Source of the DNA: a virus
Virus record (IMG/VR): IMGVR_UViG_3300027747_003534
Span: 97,521-161,520 of that record
Reading direction: 5' to 3' (one strand)
Length of the DNA: 64,000 bases
The number at the start of each line of letters is the position of its first letter. The stretch's first letter is position 1. Shown here piece after piece: positions 20,835-30,799 of this stretch. Under the pieces are notes generated by a model. It ran no database searches, had not been told where the DNA came from, and saw only the letters and a list, made by a program, of their open reading frames with translations. The position numbers and the translations under genes are program-made.

Positions 20835-21026
20835 TTATAGATTACGCATGTCTACGTCATAGTAATGCTCATTACTCAGTAGTCCTAGTTTCGTCATCAA
20901 TGAGTTTTCCAATATACGTATGAGCAAAATATCTGTCGTGGCATTATTGAAATTCGACTCTATTATTTTAGAATTTCTTTTAGGATTACAAAAAATATAA
21001 ATGACATTATGATTAGTATAGTTCAT
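20835..21026 (-). CDS. Hypothetical protein
   Basis: 63-aa ORF overlapping the end of the upstream gene. Confidence 0.4.
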   Translation of the reverse strand: MNYTNHNVIYIFCNPKRNSKIIESNFNNATTDILLIRILENSLMTKLGLLSNEHYYDVDMRNL

Positions 21027-22818
21027 AAAATTGATCCAATGAGATAATATTTAATATTTCTTCTCTATTGTTGTCAAAATATTGCCAATTATTTTTAATG
21101 TCTTCGAACTTTAAACTATCATATATTTTCTGAGATCCTGGATGTACTATGCCTATGCCCCAATCGGTATCAATAACACTAACTTTGAGGTCTGATCTTG
21201 TACATCTTAGTTTGGCTATTGATTTCCAAACGTCACCATTCCATAATCCTGTTACACGAGGTATTGCTTGTAATTCATATGTTGGAGGATTACAATCATG
21301 AAGAACAATAATTCCATTCTTATTAAGATGTTTAAGTGAGTTTATTATATCTTTATCAACCTGTATGGAATTATGTAATCCATCTATAAAAATAATGTCA
21401 TATTTTTGATGTTCATCTATAGACAAAAAGAAATCATCAGAAGACATACAATAATTTACTTCTGGAACAACCATTCCTCCAACTTCAGATCCTGGAGATG
21501 GGTCTACACCATCTTTGTTAGCAATATCAATTTGACGAATACATAGTCCATCATTAACTCCAATTTCTAAATATGTATCATATTGATTTTTTTTAATCAA
21601 ATAATTTATTATATCCCATCTCTGTTTACTAGTTCTATTGAGATAATTATCAATAGTATATTTTTTGTCTCCAATTTTATATTTTTCTATTCTATCAAAA
21701 TTGTTTAGTTTAATCATTAAATTATTTAGTTTATGTAATCCAATTTTATTAATTTGATGAATAATTTTTTGTATATTATTTATATTTTCTATATCTGTTG
21801 AATCAATTTTATGAAAGTCTATTATAACTATATTGGTGAGTGGATATTGTTGTAAAAAATTTATATCAGAATGAAACTTATTTTTAAGTATTATTTTTGT
21901 ATTTTGTTGTTCTTTATTGATATATTCATTAATTAGTTCTTTAGCATATGGGTCTTCAATAAAAATATTTTGTGCAAATGGTTCTAGGAATGAAACGGAT
22001 TCGAGCGAGCAATTTTTAGCAACTATCGAAACATAGTATAAGCAATCTTCTGTGATAGAACCCCACTTCCTTATATAGTTTCTAATGCTATTATTTTCTA
22101 TATTTTTGGTGCTATCTTTATATTCTTCAGAAAATCTAGAAGTTTTAGATATAAAATGATAACACAGAGAATCCAGGCAAGTAAAACAATCAATATTTTC
22201 CAGCATCTTTAATCTTTTAATAAAGTCATCATCTTCCCTAAAAAATGGAAAGAATAAATTATCAAATCCGTTTATTCTTAAAAAGATACTTTTTTTCAAG
22301 GCCATAAAGAAAAAAATACCTTGCTCTGTTTTATCTTTATTGTTTTCTATAGTAGATTTTGCAAAGTGTTCGAATTTTATTCTATTAAAAGTTACTAGAC
22401 TATCTCCACAATCGCAAATAATTTTTCCTGGTCTTTCATGACACCCAAAAAGAGGATGCTCAATAGTAGTATATGATACAACATTATTTGGCGCCAAATG
22501 TTTTGATAAATTTTCTAAAAAATGAGTATACAAAATAATATCATTGTGTAAAAAAACTATATATTCTTTGGTAGCTATTTCAACAGCTTTATTATATGTA
22601 TCAGAAAAAGACTTTGTTTTATCATTTCTATAGAATATTTTAACATTAAGATCTGTGAGCAAAATGTTTTCTAGCCACTCATTTGTTCCGTCTGTTGAGT
22701 CATAACTAACAAAACATATTTCCGTGTCAGGATAAAGTTGTCTCGTTGTTGTGTAGAATAACTTTGTATAATCAAGATTATTTTTTAAACCAACCAGTAA
22801 TGAAATATTATCGATCAT
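21013..22818 (-). CDS. GT2 glycosyltransferase fused to a class I SAM-dependent methyltransferase
   Basis: N: DSTDGT, FLHNDI, EDDDF; C: YLEIGV, DIIFIDGLH, IVLHDCNP, WNGDVWK. Confidence 0.85.
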   Translation of the reverse strand: MIDNISLLVGLKNNLDYTKLFYTTTRQLYPDTEICFVSYDSTDGTNEWLENILLTDLNVKIFYRNDKTKSFSDTYNKAVEIATKEYIVFLHNDIILYTHFLENLSKHLAPNNVVSYTTIEHPLFGCHERPGKIICDCGDSLVTFNRIKFEHFAKSTIENNKDKTEQGIFFFMALKKSIFLRINGFDNLFFPFFREDDDFIKRLKMLENIDCFTCLDSLCYHFISKTSRFSEEYKDSTKNIENNSIRNYIRKWGSITEDCLYYVSIVAKNCSLESVSFLEPFAQNIFIEDPYAKELINEYINKEQQNTKIILKNKFHSDINFLQQYPLTNIVIIDFHKIDSTDIENINNIQKIIHQINKIGLHKLNNLMIKLNNFDRIEKYKIGDKKYTIDNYLNRTSKQRWDIINYLIKKNQYDTYLEIGVNDGLCIRQIDIANKDGVDPSPGSEVGGMVVPEVNYCMSSDDFFLSIDEHQKYDIIFIDGLHNSIQVDKDIINSLKHLNKNGIIVLHDCNPPTYELQAIPRVTGLWNGDVWKSIAKLRCTRSDLKVSVIDTDWGIGIVHPGSQKIYDSLKFEDIKNNWQYFDNNREEILNIISLDQFYELY

Positions 22819-22822
22819 TAAA

Positions 22823-23470
22823 TTAATCTCTGGAGATATTTATTTGGTCATACAAGGCATTTTGCATTCTTTGTTTGTCTATATGTTTTTTATGCATAAT
22901 CGCTATTTTGCTATCAGGTTCTATAATGCCGTAATTTTTAAAACCCTCTAGTCTCTCGTGTACTTTGCTGGTCCATTTAATAGATCCATTATTTTTATAG
23001 ATTCTTGGTTGATAATCTGGCCAATTTATCCAGCCATTTTCATCAATGGTCCATTTCCATTTTTGAATATCTTCTTCGGTAAGTCCATCAACAATATTTA
23101 TTCGGGGCAGATATAATAAATCAATATCTTCTGTTGTTAATAAATTTCTTAGTTCTTTTAGCATCTCAGGTTTCATGGTTTCATCAGCATCAAAATTAAA
23201 AATATATTTTTGATCAGAAGAAACTTTGCTTGTCATGTAGTTTTTAAGGTTGGCAAAATTATTTTGAAAATGAAAATTATAATAATCTGATGAATGCTGT
23301 CTACAGATTGCTTGTATTTGTTCATAATTATTTGATAATTTTTCAAATTCGTCTCTATAAGTATGAATAATAACTATTTCGTCATCAGGTTCCTTAACAG
23401 ATTCTAGTATGCTTAGTAATCTAGATATTTCTTCTAATTCGTTATATACAGTAATGCAGTATGCTATCAT
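22823..23470 (-). CDS. GT2 glycosyltransferase
   Basis: ITVYNE, NFANLKN, FDADE, WPDYQPRIY, VHERL. Confidence 0.85.
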   Translation of the reverse strand: MIAYCITVYNELEEISRLLSILESVKEPDDEIVIIHTYRDEFEKLSNNYEQIQAICRQHSSDYYNFHFQNNFANLKNYMTSKVSSDQKYIFNFDADETMKPEMLKELRNLLTTEDIDLLYLPRINIVDGLTEEDIQKWKWTIDENGWINWPDYQPRIYKNNGSIKWTSKVHERLEGFKNYGIIEPDSKIAIMHKKHIDKQRMQNALYDQINISRD

Positions 23471-23946
23471 ATAATACTAAACCTTTGTAGCCATAGGTTA
23501 TCCATTGGAATTTTTTTAACATTAGTTTTTGACATTGAAATTAAAATTTCTCTCATTTTTCCTGTTTCTTCATTTTCGGTGATAGAACCCATTCTATCTG
23601 CTATGATAATTTCATTGACTCCAAAATTTATAATACGCTGAAGACAGTTATTGCAAGGAATGCCCGTTATATAAATCCTACACCCGTCACCTCTTTCAGA
23701 TGGATTTTGGGTAGTATTCAGTATACAATTTTCTTCTGCATGTATCATCCATTTTCTTTTTTCGTCTCTGATATGCAAAGGAATAAAGTCATTGACGGAT
23801 CCTTTGATTGGACCATTGTATCCTGTGCCGATAATCTGATTATACCTATTAACTAGCACTGCTCCGTGCTTAATATCTGGATCTTCTGACCGTATTGATA
23901 CGGTAAAAGCCAGAGTCAAGAAGTATTCGTCCCAAGATGGTCTCAT
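23467..23946 (-). CDS. dCMP deaminase
   Basis: RPSWDEYF, GTGYNG, HAEEN, PCNNC. Confidence 0.93.
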   Translation of the reverse strand: MRPSWDEYFLTLAFTVSIRSEDPDIKHGAVLVNRYNQIIGTGYNGPIKGSVNDFIPLHIRDEKRKWMIHAEENCILNTTQNPSERGDGCRIYITGIPCNNCLQRIINFGVNEIIIADRMGSITENEETGKMREILISMSKTNVKKIPMDNLWLQRFSII

Positions 23947-23951
23947 GAGCT

Positions 23952-23980
23952 ATGATAGGAAATCGAGTTAGAATGTCAAG
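23952..23980 (-). promoter_or_regulatory. sigma70-like promoter, probably giving a leaderless mRNA
   Basis: CTTGACA-16 bp-TATCAT, ending 5 nt before the ATG at 23946. Confidence 0.6.
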
Positions 23981-24007
23981 ATTTGTATTAACACCTGACT
24001 ACAATTA

Positions 24008-27000
24008 TCAAGCAGTCGGTATTCCTGACTGAAGGCTTTCTAATTTTGAATTAAAATAACTGATATCTACAGTGGCTCGACGATCTGCTTCAAATTTATT
24101 GGGAGAAACCCATCGCCAGTAACCGTCATCAAAAAAATAATAATCATTATTAATATTAAAATATCTTGATACAGTTACGGGTCGTGTAGGATAATATGTC
24201 TCTTCCCATTCCCGTTCATTTAGAGTACATTCAGTTGAGTAGTCAATACCAACCAAAGATCCTGTACCTAATACATATCCACAATTATAACCCATATTAT
24301 TATATACATTTCCACCGATAAGACCATAATTTTGACCACCAGATTCCAGTATTACATTTTTTGATACATATCCATTGCCGACATTACGAAGATTATCATT
24401 ACTCATTATAGAATCAATTGAGGCTTGATTGTTGATGTCTAAATAATTACTCAAACTTACATCATCCATACCATTATAAGACGCATTTGTAAAAGTAGCA
24501 TCTCCTTGTATATAACCCTGATTATATGAATTATTGAAATATCCAGATCCAATAACTAATCCATAATTGTAGGATTGGCTTTTAAAAATAGCTTGCTTGC
24601 CTACTACTCCAGCTAAATTTTTTGATCCATCAGAAAACATAGCTCCTCCTTTGATATCTCCAAAGTTCAAACTATTATTATAAAATAATCCGCTATTTGT
24701 TAAATTTCCACTATTAATACTATTATCATATAAATATGTTATTCCATTAATAATTCCAGAAATATTTTTAGAGTTGTATAGATATGAATTATTTATTACT
24801 TTTCCATAGTTTATACTATTTGATAGAAAACTACCAGAACCTCTTATAGTTCCATAGTTAATTCCAGAAACAAAATATCCGTTGCCTCCAATTGTTCCAT
24901 AATTTATGGAATCATTAAATTGACTATTTTTCATCACAAATCCAGAATTTATACAATGATTAAATATCGCGCTTCCTGCTATATTTCCAACATTAATAGC
25001 ATAATCAAATACTGCTTTAATTTTATGATCTTCTCCATTTAGGGTCATTCCATTACTTAATAATATTTGGCCATAATTAATAGAAGCATTGTAAAAATAT
25101 AAAGTATTAGTATTTGGTATAGTATAACATGGCGTAAAATTTGAATAAATATTAGTATCAGGCAAACTATAACTATTAATATTACCATAATTTATAGAAC
25201 TATTTAAAAATTCACCAAATGATATATTTCCAGAATTAATTGCGCCGTTTGAAAAAATAATTTTACCTTTTGGTATATTAGCACAATTAATACTATTTTC
25301 CGAAAAGTAAGCAATTGTAGCATGATTTGGGATTATATTATATGAAAATAACTGTCCAAAGTTTTTAGAATTATCATTAAAAATATAATCACGATAGCCT
25401 CTTAAGTTGCCTCTATTTATAGAATAGTCTTTGAATTCTATTTTATAATTGAAAATACAATATGGAGAAAAATGATCTGTATTACAAAAAAAGTCTGATA
25501 AGAATTGCTCATTAGATCCAACAAAAACAGGATATTGTCCACTATATATTGCTACTGTAAATGTTTTATCATCAAATTTTAAATTGTTATTAATATTTAT
25601 ATTACCTATATTTGAACTATGATCATAAAAAGTTATATGATATGGACTAAATAGTGAGTTGTTCGTAGATAAGTCATAGAAATTTCCATCTATAATTTTT
25701 CCTTTATTAATGCTTTCATTATAAAATAATCCATACTGAACAAAGCCTTTTGTATCATTCGATGAATACCCATAAAAGCGCCCACTTTCAACAAACCCGT
25801 TGTTTTTAGATGAATCATCAAAAAAACCTTTCGACACAAATCCTTTGTCATTAACTGATTCATTGCGTAAAAAAGCTGAAAAAATTCTTCCATTATTAAT
25901 AGTTTTATTATTTAAATAACCTGATCCTATATATCCATTATTTTTAGCATTATCTAATAAATGTGCAATATTAACTCTTCCATTATTAATACTATTTTCT
26001 GTAAACATAGCACCATTATTTATTTCTCCTGTATTTGAAGAATTTCCACTAAAAAGTATTCTTGTTGAAGAGATTCCAGCATTAATTGAATTGTCATAAA
26101 ATGTTAAATAGTTGCCATTTCCAAAATGGCCATTGAGTGAATTATTATAGAATAACCCAGTAGTACATGATGCTTGGTTATTTGAATTATTATAAAACAA
26201 TGCATCAAAGACCATCCCTACTCCGGAATTCTTTGAATTATTGTTAAAGACACCATGTCTTACTGTGCTATAATTTGCAGAATTATCATTAAAAATACCA
26301 GATCTACAGCTACTACTTATTAAATAAGAATCATTATAAAAATTACCAATATTTATTATCGTACTACCATCAGCAAAACTTGAATCATAAAAAACAACAT
26401 CCCAGACTACTGCTGCTATATGGCTATTATTTTTAACTGTAACTAAACCAGGGGAAGATAATTCTCCTCTAATATAACTTTTATCTAATAATATAGACTT
26501 ATAAGCATAAATGTATGAGCTTCCTGAAGAACCTTTAAGAACAACATTTCCACTATTAGAAATAATAGAACTGCTGTCAACATAAACATAAGAATTATTT
26601 AGGGTTATTGTATTCTCAACATTAATAGTTCCTTTATTTTCAGCACCATCCAAAGAACATGATGATCCTAATACTATACCACCTTTATCATTGAATGTTC
26701 CAGAATTAAAAATAGCATTATATGCTACTCCATTATTGTAGCTTCCGGAAGTAAAAAATATAGCTTGTTCATAAACTTTGCCTTCATTGTAACATCCTGA
26801 GCCTTTAAATATTGCATAGCCAACATTTCCTAAATTAATACTATCATTATAAAATGTAGCTTTGCCTACATTTCCATAGTTAGTACCATTTCCATAAAAT
26901 TCAGCCTCCTCAATAGTTCCATAATTATCTCCTCCATTATCAAAAATTGCTTTTTTTACTGTTCCATAATTTATTGCTGCTCCACCATGAAAAATAACAT

Positions 27001-27715
27001 TCCCGTTGATTGTTCCATAATTTTTACAACTATCCCAAAACTCACAATTTCCATTTATTATTGAAGGATTTAAATGATATGATCTATTTCTAAATTTAAC
27101 ATCACTTTTTATTTGACATTTTTGAATATTACTGTATAGATAAATATCCAATTCGCTATCACTTTCTATGATAAAATCTTGAATTTGAGATTTTATTAAT
27201 GTGCCAGCAGATAATTTTAGTTTGCTCCTTAAATCATCACTATAAGGAAAGTCTAGAGAAGGCAATCCTTCTAAAATACTATCTTCAAAATATAAATTAA
27301 GACCATCTGATAAGAATAAGCAATCTTTTACAAGGCTAGATACTCCTGAAATTTTTTCTGCTATATCAAAAGCTATGCTATGTACTTTAGAATCTGTAAG
27401 ACTTAAACTATCAATAGTATACAAACTAAAGGGATTTTTTTCATCTATATAATTTGTTATGTTACATTTATTTAAGGATACATTTTTTGCATTTAAAAAT
27501 CCGACAATAAAATTTCCAGTTCCTGATGAAGTAGATAACGATAGATTTTCACATTTTAAATAAGATATTTTATCAATGCAATTTATTGTTGCAAGATCTA
27601 GTGATAGATTATTGTCAACATATATATCATTGGTATTTTGCGGAATACTATTAGCGGGCTTAAGGTTTCCAGAATCATAAAACCAAGAGGCAGGATCACA
27701 CCAGTCATTAGACAT
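24008..27715 (-). CDS. Large Asn/Gly-rich beta-helix repeat protein (tail fibre/adhesin-like)
   Basis: Dozens of F-x-N-x-S-x-N-x-G-x-(I/V) repeats over 1235 aa. Confidence 0.7.
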   Translation of the reverse strand: MSNDWCDPASWFYDSGNLKPANSIPQNTNDIYVDNNLSLDLATINCIDKISYLKCENLSLSTSSGTGNFIVGFLNAKNVSLNKCNITNYIDEKNPFSLYTIDSLSLTDSKVHSIAFDIAEKISGVSSLVKDCLFLSDGLNLYFEDSILEGLPSLDFPYSDDLRSKLKLSAGTLIKSQIQDFIIESDSELDIYLYSNIQKCQIKSDVKFRNRSYHLNPSIINGNCEFWDSCKNYGTINGNVIFHGGAAINYGTVKKAIFDNGGDNYGTIEEAEFYGNGTNYGNVGKATFYNDSINLGNVGYAIFKGSGCYNEGKVYEQAIFFTSGSYNNGVAYNAIFNSGTFNDKGGIVLGSSCSLDGAENKGTINVENTITLNNSYVYVDSSSIISNSGNVVLKGSSGSSYIYAYKSILLDKSYIRGELSSPGLVTVKNNSHIAAVVWDVVFYDSSFADGSTIINIGNFYNDSYLISSSCRSGIFNDNSANYSTVRHGVFNNNSKNSGVGMVFDALFYNNSNNQASCTTGLFYNNSLNGHFGNGNYLTFYDNSINAGISSTRILFSGNSSNTGEINNGAMFTENSINNGRVNIAHLLDNAKNNGYIGSGYLNNKTINNGRIFSAFLRNESVNDKGFVSKGFFDDSSKNNGFVESGRFYGYSSNDTKGFVQYGLFYNESINKGKIIDGNFYDLSTNNSLFSPYHITFYDHSSNIGNININNNLKFDDKTFTVAIYSGQYPVFVGSNEQFLSDFFCNTDHFSPYCIFNYKIEFKDYSINRGNLRGYRDYIFNDNSKNFGQLFSYNIIPNHATIAYFSENSINCANIPKGKIIFSNGAINSGNISFGEFLNSSINYGNINSYSLPDTNIYSNFTPCYTIPNTNTLYFYNASINYGQILLSNGMTLNGEDHKIKAVFDYAINVGNIAGSAIFNHCINSGFVMKNSQFNDSINYGTIGGNGYFVSGINYGTIRGSGSFLSNSINYGKVINNSYLYNSKNISGIINGITYLYDNSINSGNLTNSGLFYNNSLNFGDIKGGAMFSDGSKNLAGVVGKQAIFKSQSYNYGLVIGSGYFNNSYNQGYIQGDATFTNASYNGMDDVSLSNYLDINNQASIDSIMSNDNLRNVGNGYVSKNVILESGGQNYGLIGGNVYNNMGYNCGYVLGTGSLVGIDYSTECTLNEREWEETYYPTRPVTVSRYFNINNDYYFFDDGYWRWVSPNKFEADRRATVDISYFNSKLESLQSGIPTA

Positions 27716-27717
27716 AA

Positions 27718-29493
27718 TTAGGTTCCTGTATTAAAATACCTAGCGCCCATATTAAACTTTTTATATGTATTAATCGGATAAAATGGTTTGTAGTCTAAGT
27801 ATTGTCTGGGAAAACCACTAACTGTAGATAGTCCAAATAATAGACCGAATGCTCTCTGGTATTTGCCACACTCAAATGGAACACAACTACCCTCATCTGT
27901 ACATCCTTTATATTGTTCACTAATAGCAGGATCATTGCAAGGGGAGCTATTATCCACAAAGGTACTACTTAATAAAACATTAGGAAAATTTGATGATATT
28001 GCACCAGCTGCAGCCATTAAACTAGCAATATCTGCTCCTGCTAATATTTTTCCTGAATCTAAGCTTAAGCCGCTATAAGGAAGCAAGCCCAAACCCTTAT
28101 ATATTGCATCAATACATTTTTTAGTTTTACACTTAATAAAACTTGGACTATGATTAAATACTGTTATGCTTTTTAGATGATTCTCAGTAATTAAAAAAGA
28201 TCCTTGAGGAATAGGGCCCCAATTTGGTGATCCTCCGCTATTCCAATTTCCCCAGCTATTAGCGACTAAATAAACACATTCTGGAAATTCAATTTTTGTA
28301 TCATCATATCCAATAATCGCTAATGAATGATACCATATTCTATCAGGATATGACAAACCAGTAGAATCCCTAGTATTAGGAAAACCAACATTTGTCATAA
28401 GTAAAACACCATATCCATTATATAATAAATCTTTGACTCTACTAACTCTATTATCTCCATCTCCTCCAATTAAAGAAATCGTTTGACATCTATCTATTCC
28501 TCCAGACGGAGATTTAGGAATATCCTGATCATAATCATAATTATTTATGCCTTTAAAGTAATTTAAAAATATCTCATCTCTACAGCCATAGAAGGTTGAT
28601 CCTGAATAATCAACAAAACTACCATATGCTCCATAATTTTTTCTTTTAATAATTCCAATATGTTTCAATATTTCGTCTCTAAATCCACTAGTAATGTTTC
28701 CGGCAAAATATAAATCATCAGTTGGTACTAAATATTTAAAATCAAATCTACTTGTTCTAGGGGCACCACAACATATTTCTAATTTATCTACACAAGTAGT
28801 AGCTGAACAACAAGGAGAAGTAGGTAGTAATGGATCGCATTCTACACAACTTCTGCATTTTGCTGAGGTTTCATCTGGTTTTTTTATGCATGAAAAAAAT
28901 GCTCCAGCAGCTCCATACTGAGGATTATCTATACAATTAAAACTGATAGTATTCCCGTCGGTTGCAGTATATGAACAACCCGGAATCTGTAAGTTTTGAG
29001 CAGTACTTTCCGAAACCAAATCTGGACCAAGCATGAGTAAACAATCTGGTAACGAAGAACCACAAAAGTGTTGTAAATACTCTGTAGCCATACGACTCTC
29101 CCAGCTACCATAGCTTTTAGTGCTTTCTATTTGGCAAGCTCTCGATATATCGCAAGCGTTCCTTATGGCATGAGCTGTTCCTCCATCAACCGTAGTTTGG
29201 ATTTCTGTAAAAGCTTCAGCATCCATTCTGTTTAAAAATTTGAATGGTAATCCTAATTTCCCTGACCCTGTATTTTTGATTCCACTAGCATTAACAGAAG
29301 GTTCAATATCTACAAAAGGGGCGCCTTCTAGACATGGATATTTTAAATGTCTCAAAAAACGGATAAGTCTGGGCAAATCATAGGGAGTACCATATGCTGT
29401 TTTAGTTGGTATTCCCGAAGTTCCATTTATTATATAACTATCAAAACATATATTATTACTATATGAATAGTATAATTCCTGTGGAGACAACAT
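27718..29493 (-). CDS. Papain-like (C1) protease paralog lacking the catalytic Cys, with Cys-rich insertions
   Basis: Aligns to 30800-31726 (RNACDISRA, NVGFPNTRD, NSWGNWN.GG.P.WGPIP.GSFLI), but QTTVDGGTAHA replaces QTVGDCVSHG. Confidence 0.8.
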   Translation of the reverse strand: MLSPQELYYSYSNNICFDSYIINGTSGIPTKTAYGTPYDLPRLIRFLRHLKYPCLEGAPFVDIEPSVNASGIKNTGSGKLGLPFKFLNRMDAEAFTEIQTTVDGGTAHAIRNACDISRACQIESTKSYGSWESRMATEYLQHFCGSSLPDCLLMLGPDLVSESTAQNLQIPGCSYTATDGNTISFNCIDNPQYGAAGAFFSCIKKPDETSAKCRSCVECDPLLPTSPCCSATTCVDKLEICCGAPRTSRFDFKYLVPTDDLYFAGNITSGFRDEILKHIGIIKRKNYGAYGSFVDYSGSTFYGCRDEIFLNYFKGINNYDYDQDIPKSPSGGIDRCQTISLIGGDGDNRVSRVKDLLYNGYGVLLMTNVGFPNTRDSTGLSYPDRIWYHSLAIIGYDDTKIEFPECVYLVANSWGNWNSGGSPNWGPIPQGSFLITENHLKSITVFNHSPSFIKCKTKKCIDAIYKGLGLLPYSGLSLDSGKILAGADIASLMAAAGAISSNFPNVLLSSTFVDNSSPCNDPAISEQYKGCTDEGSCVPFECGKYQRAFGLLFGLSTVSGFPRQYLDYKPFYPINTYKKFNMGARYFNTGT

Positions 29494-29500
29494 ATTTTAT

Positions 29501-29749
29501 TTATTTTTCGGTAAGTTTATTGTATAAAATAATAGTTAATGAAGATCCAGTAATTCCTAAGAAAATTCCACTAGGCTCTAATACAGTATTAAAACCAAGC
29601 ATATAAGATAATGCTCCTCCACAGTATGAGCCAGCTACTCCTAAAATTATCGTTTTCCAAAATCCAAAATTTTCTTCACCCGGAATCAAACTTTTAGCTA
29701 TTGAGCCAACTAACAAACCATAAACACACCACACTAATAAATTAAACAT
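29501..29749 (-). CDS. GlsB/YeaQ/YmgE (transglycosylase-associated) membrane protein
   Basis: GLLVGSIAKSLIPG..GFWKTIILGVAGSYCGG; three TM segments. Confidence 0.85.
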   Translation of the reverse strand: MFNLLVWCVYGLLVGSIAKSLIPGEENFGFWKTIILGVAGSYCGGALSYMLGFNTVLEPSGIFLGITGSSLTIILYNKLTEK

Positions 29750-30140
29750 TTGCCGCCTCCACTAAAGTTTTAACGTCATCATCCGTGAGAGTTTCTCCTG
29801 TTTCTAATAAAGCATTCAAAATACTTAATGAATACTTATTATAATCTTCTTTTTTCATTTCTCTACGAAGAATTTTTTTAATTCTCATCTTAGTAAACCA
29901 ACCTTTGCGCTCACTAAAAGTATGAAGTTGTTCGCCATACATTGAATATTTATCTTCTGCTGTAGACTGAGATGTTAATTTATTTTTATTGCATTCTTGT
30001 AATATTCTCACACAAGTTAATATAATACTAATTATCATTAAAATAGTCACGATAGCAAATCCATACATATTATCTTTAGATATAGTAGATTTTTCTAAAA
30101 TTTTAATAGCTATAGCTTTGAGTTTTTCATTATCGGCCAT
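29742..30140 (-). CDS. Membrane protein
   Basis: TM FAIVTILMIISIILTCV; likely start MADNEK at 30140 with AAGGAG Shine-Dalgarno. Confidence 0.65.
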   Translation of the reverse strand: MADNEKLKAIAIKILEKSTISKDNMYGFAIVTILMIISIILTCVRILQECNKNKLTSQSTAEDKYSMYGEQLHTFSERKGWFTKMRIKKILRREMKKEDYNKYSLSILNALLETGETLTDDDVKTLVEAANV

Positions 30141-30145
30141 AGTAT

Positions 30146-30496
30146 TTATCTCCTTGATGTTTTGATTGGACATTGGCCATCTGGACAATTTATTGGAGCA
30201 GTTTGGATTTTGGGGATTACTGGAGTGATTGATTTAATCGGCCCTACCGACACAGACCCTTTGTCTGCTTCACAATATGTGCAATCAATTTTTAATATAC
30301 CATCACCACTCATATACCAGCCTTTACCCTTGCAAACGGGACAGTCTTTTCTTTTATACTTTTGGGTAGCTTGCTGTACATGCTTTGCTTTAATAATGCC
30401 ACCAGCAAGAGTTACAGGAGCCGTTGTTGAGCCATAGTAGTGAGACTGAGTAAACAGCAGGCCAACACAAAATAAACCAACAAATAATTTATTCAT
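30146..30496 (-). CDS. Exported protein with CxxCxGxG zinc motif and CPDGQCP tail
   Basis: Signal-like MNKLFVGLFCVGLLF; CPVCKGKG...CTYC. Confidence 0.65.
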   Translation of the reverse strand: MNKLFVGLFCVGLLFTQSHYYGSTTAPVTLAGGIIKAKHVQQATQKYKRKDCPVCKGKGWYMSGDGILKIDCTYCEADKGSVSVGPIKSITPVIPKIQTAPINCPDGQCPIKTSRR

Positions 30497-30716
30497 TTTT
30501 ATCTCTCCATGGAAAAGGTATAACATTATCAATAGTGTCCACAATTCTTTTTAGCGGTCGTGGTCTATTGGGTTTAACTGGAGAATCTGGAGTATCTACT
30601 TTAGGTTTTGGTCCAAATTTTTCTTTAGCCTTAGTAAATAGTCTAGCTAAGGTTTCAATAACACCAATTATCATATTGATAACTGCTCTTAATTCTAGTC
30701 GTTCTCTTAGATTCAT
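30489..30716 (-). CDS. Hypothetical basic protein
   Basis: 75-aa ORF downstream of a GGTGTATA motif. Confidence 0.6.
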   Translation of the reverse strand: MNLRERLELRAVINMIIGVIETLARLFTKAKEKFGPKPKVDTPDSPVKPNRPRPLKRIVDTIDNVIPFPWRDKNE

Positions 30717-30753
30717 AAAATTATTCCATAGAAGGAATTTAGATATATAAATA

Positions 30754-30761
30754 TATACACC
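30754..30761 (-). promoter_or_regulatory. Phage-type GGTGTATA promoter motif
   Basis: Intergenic, 38 bp upstream of the 30716 start. Confidence 0.6.
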
Positions 30762-30799
30762 TAATAGAGAGCAGCTTTTAAAATAGCTAATTGCGAATT

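Noticed and set aside
24008-27715. Diversity-generating retroelement target or DNA tandem array
   Set aside because: Repeats are degenerate and at the protein level; no reverse transcriptase or TR/VR pair seen
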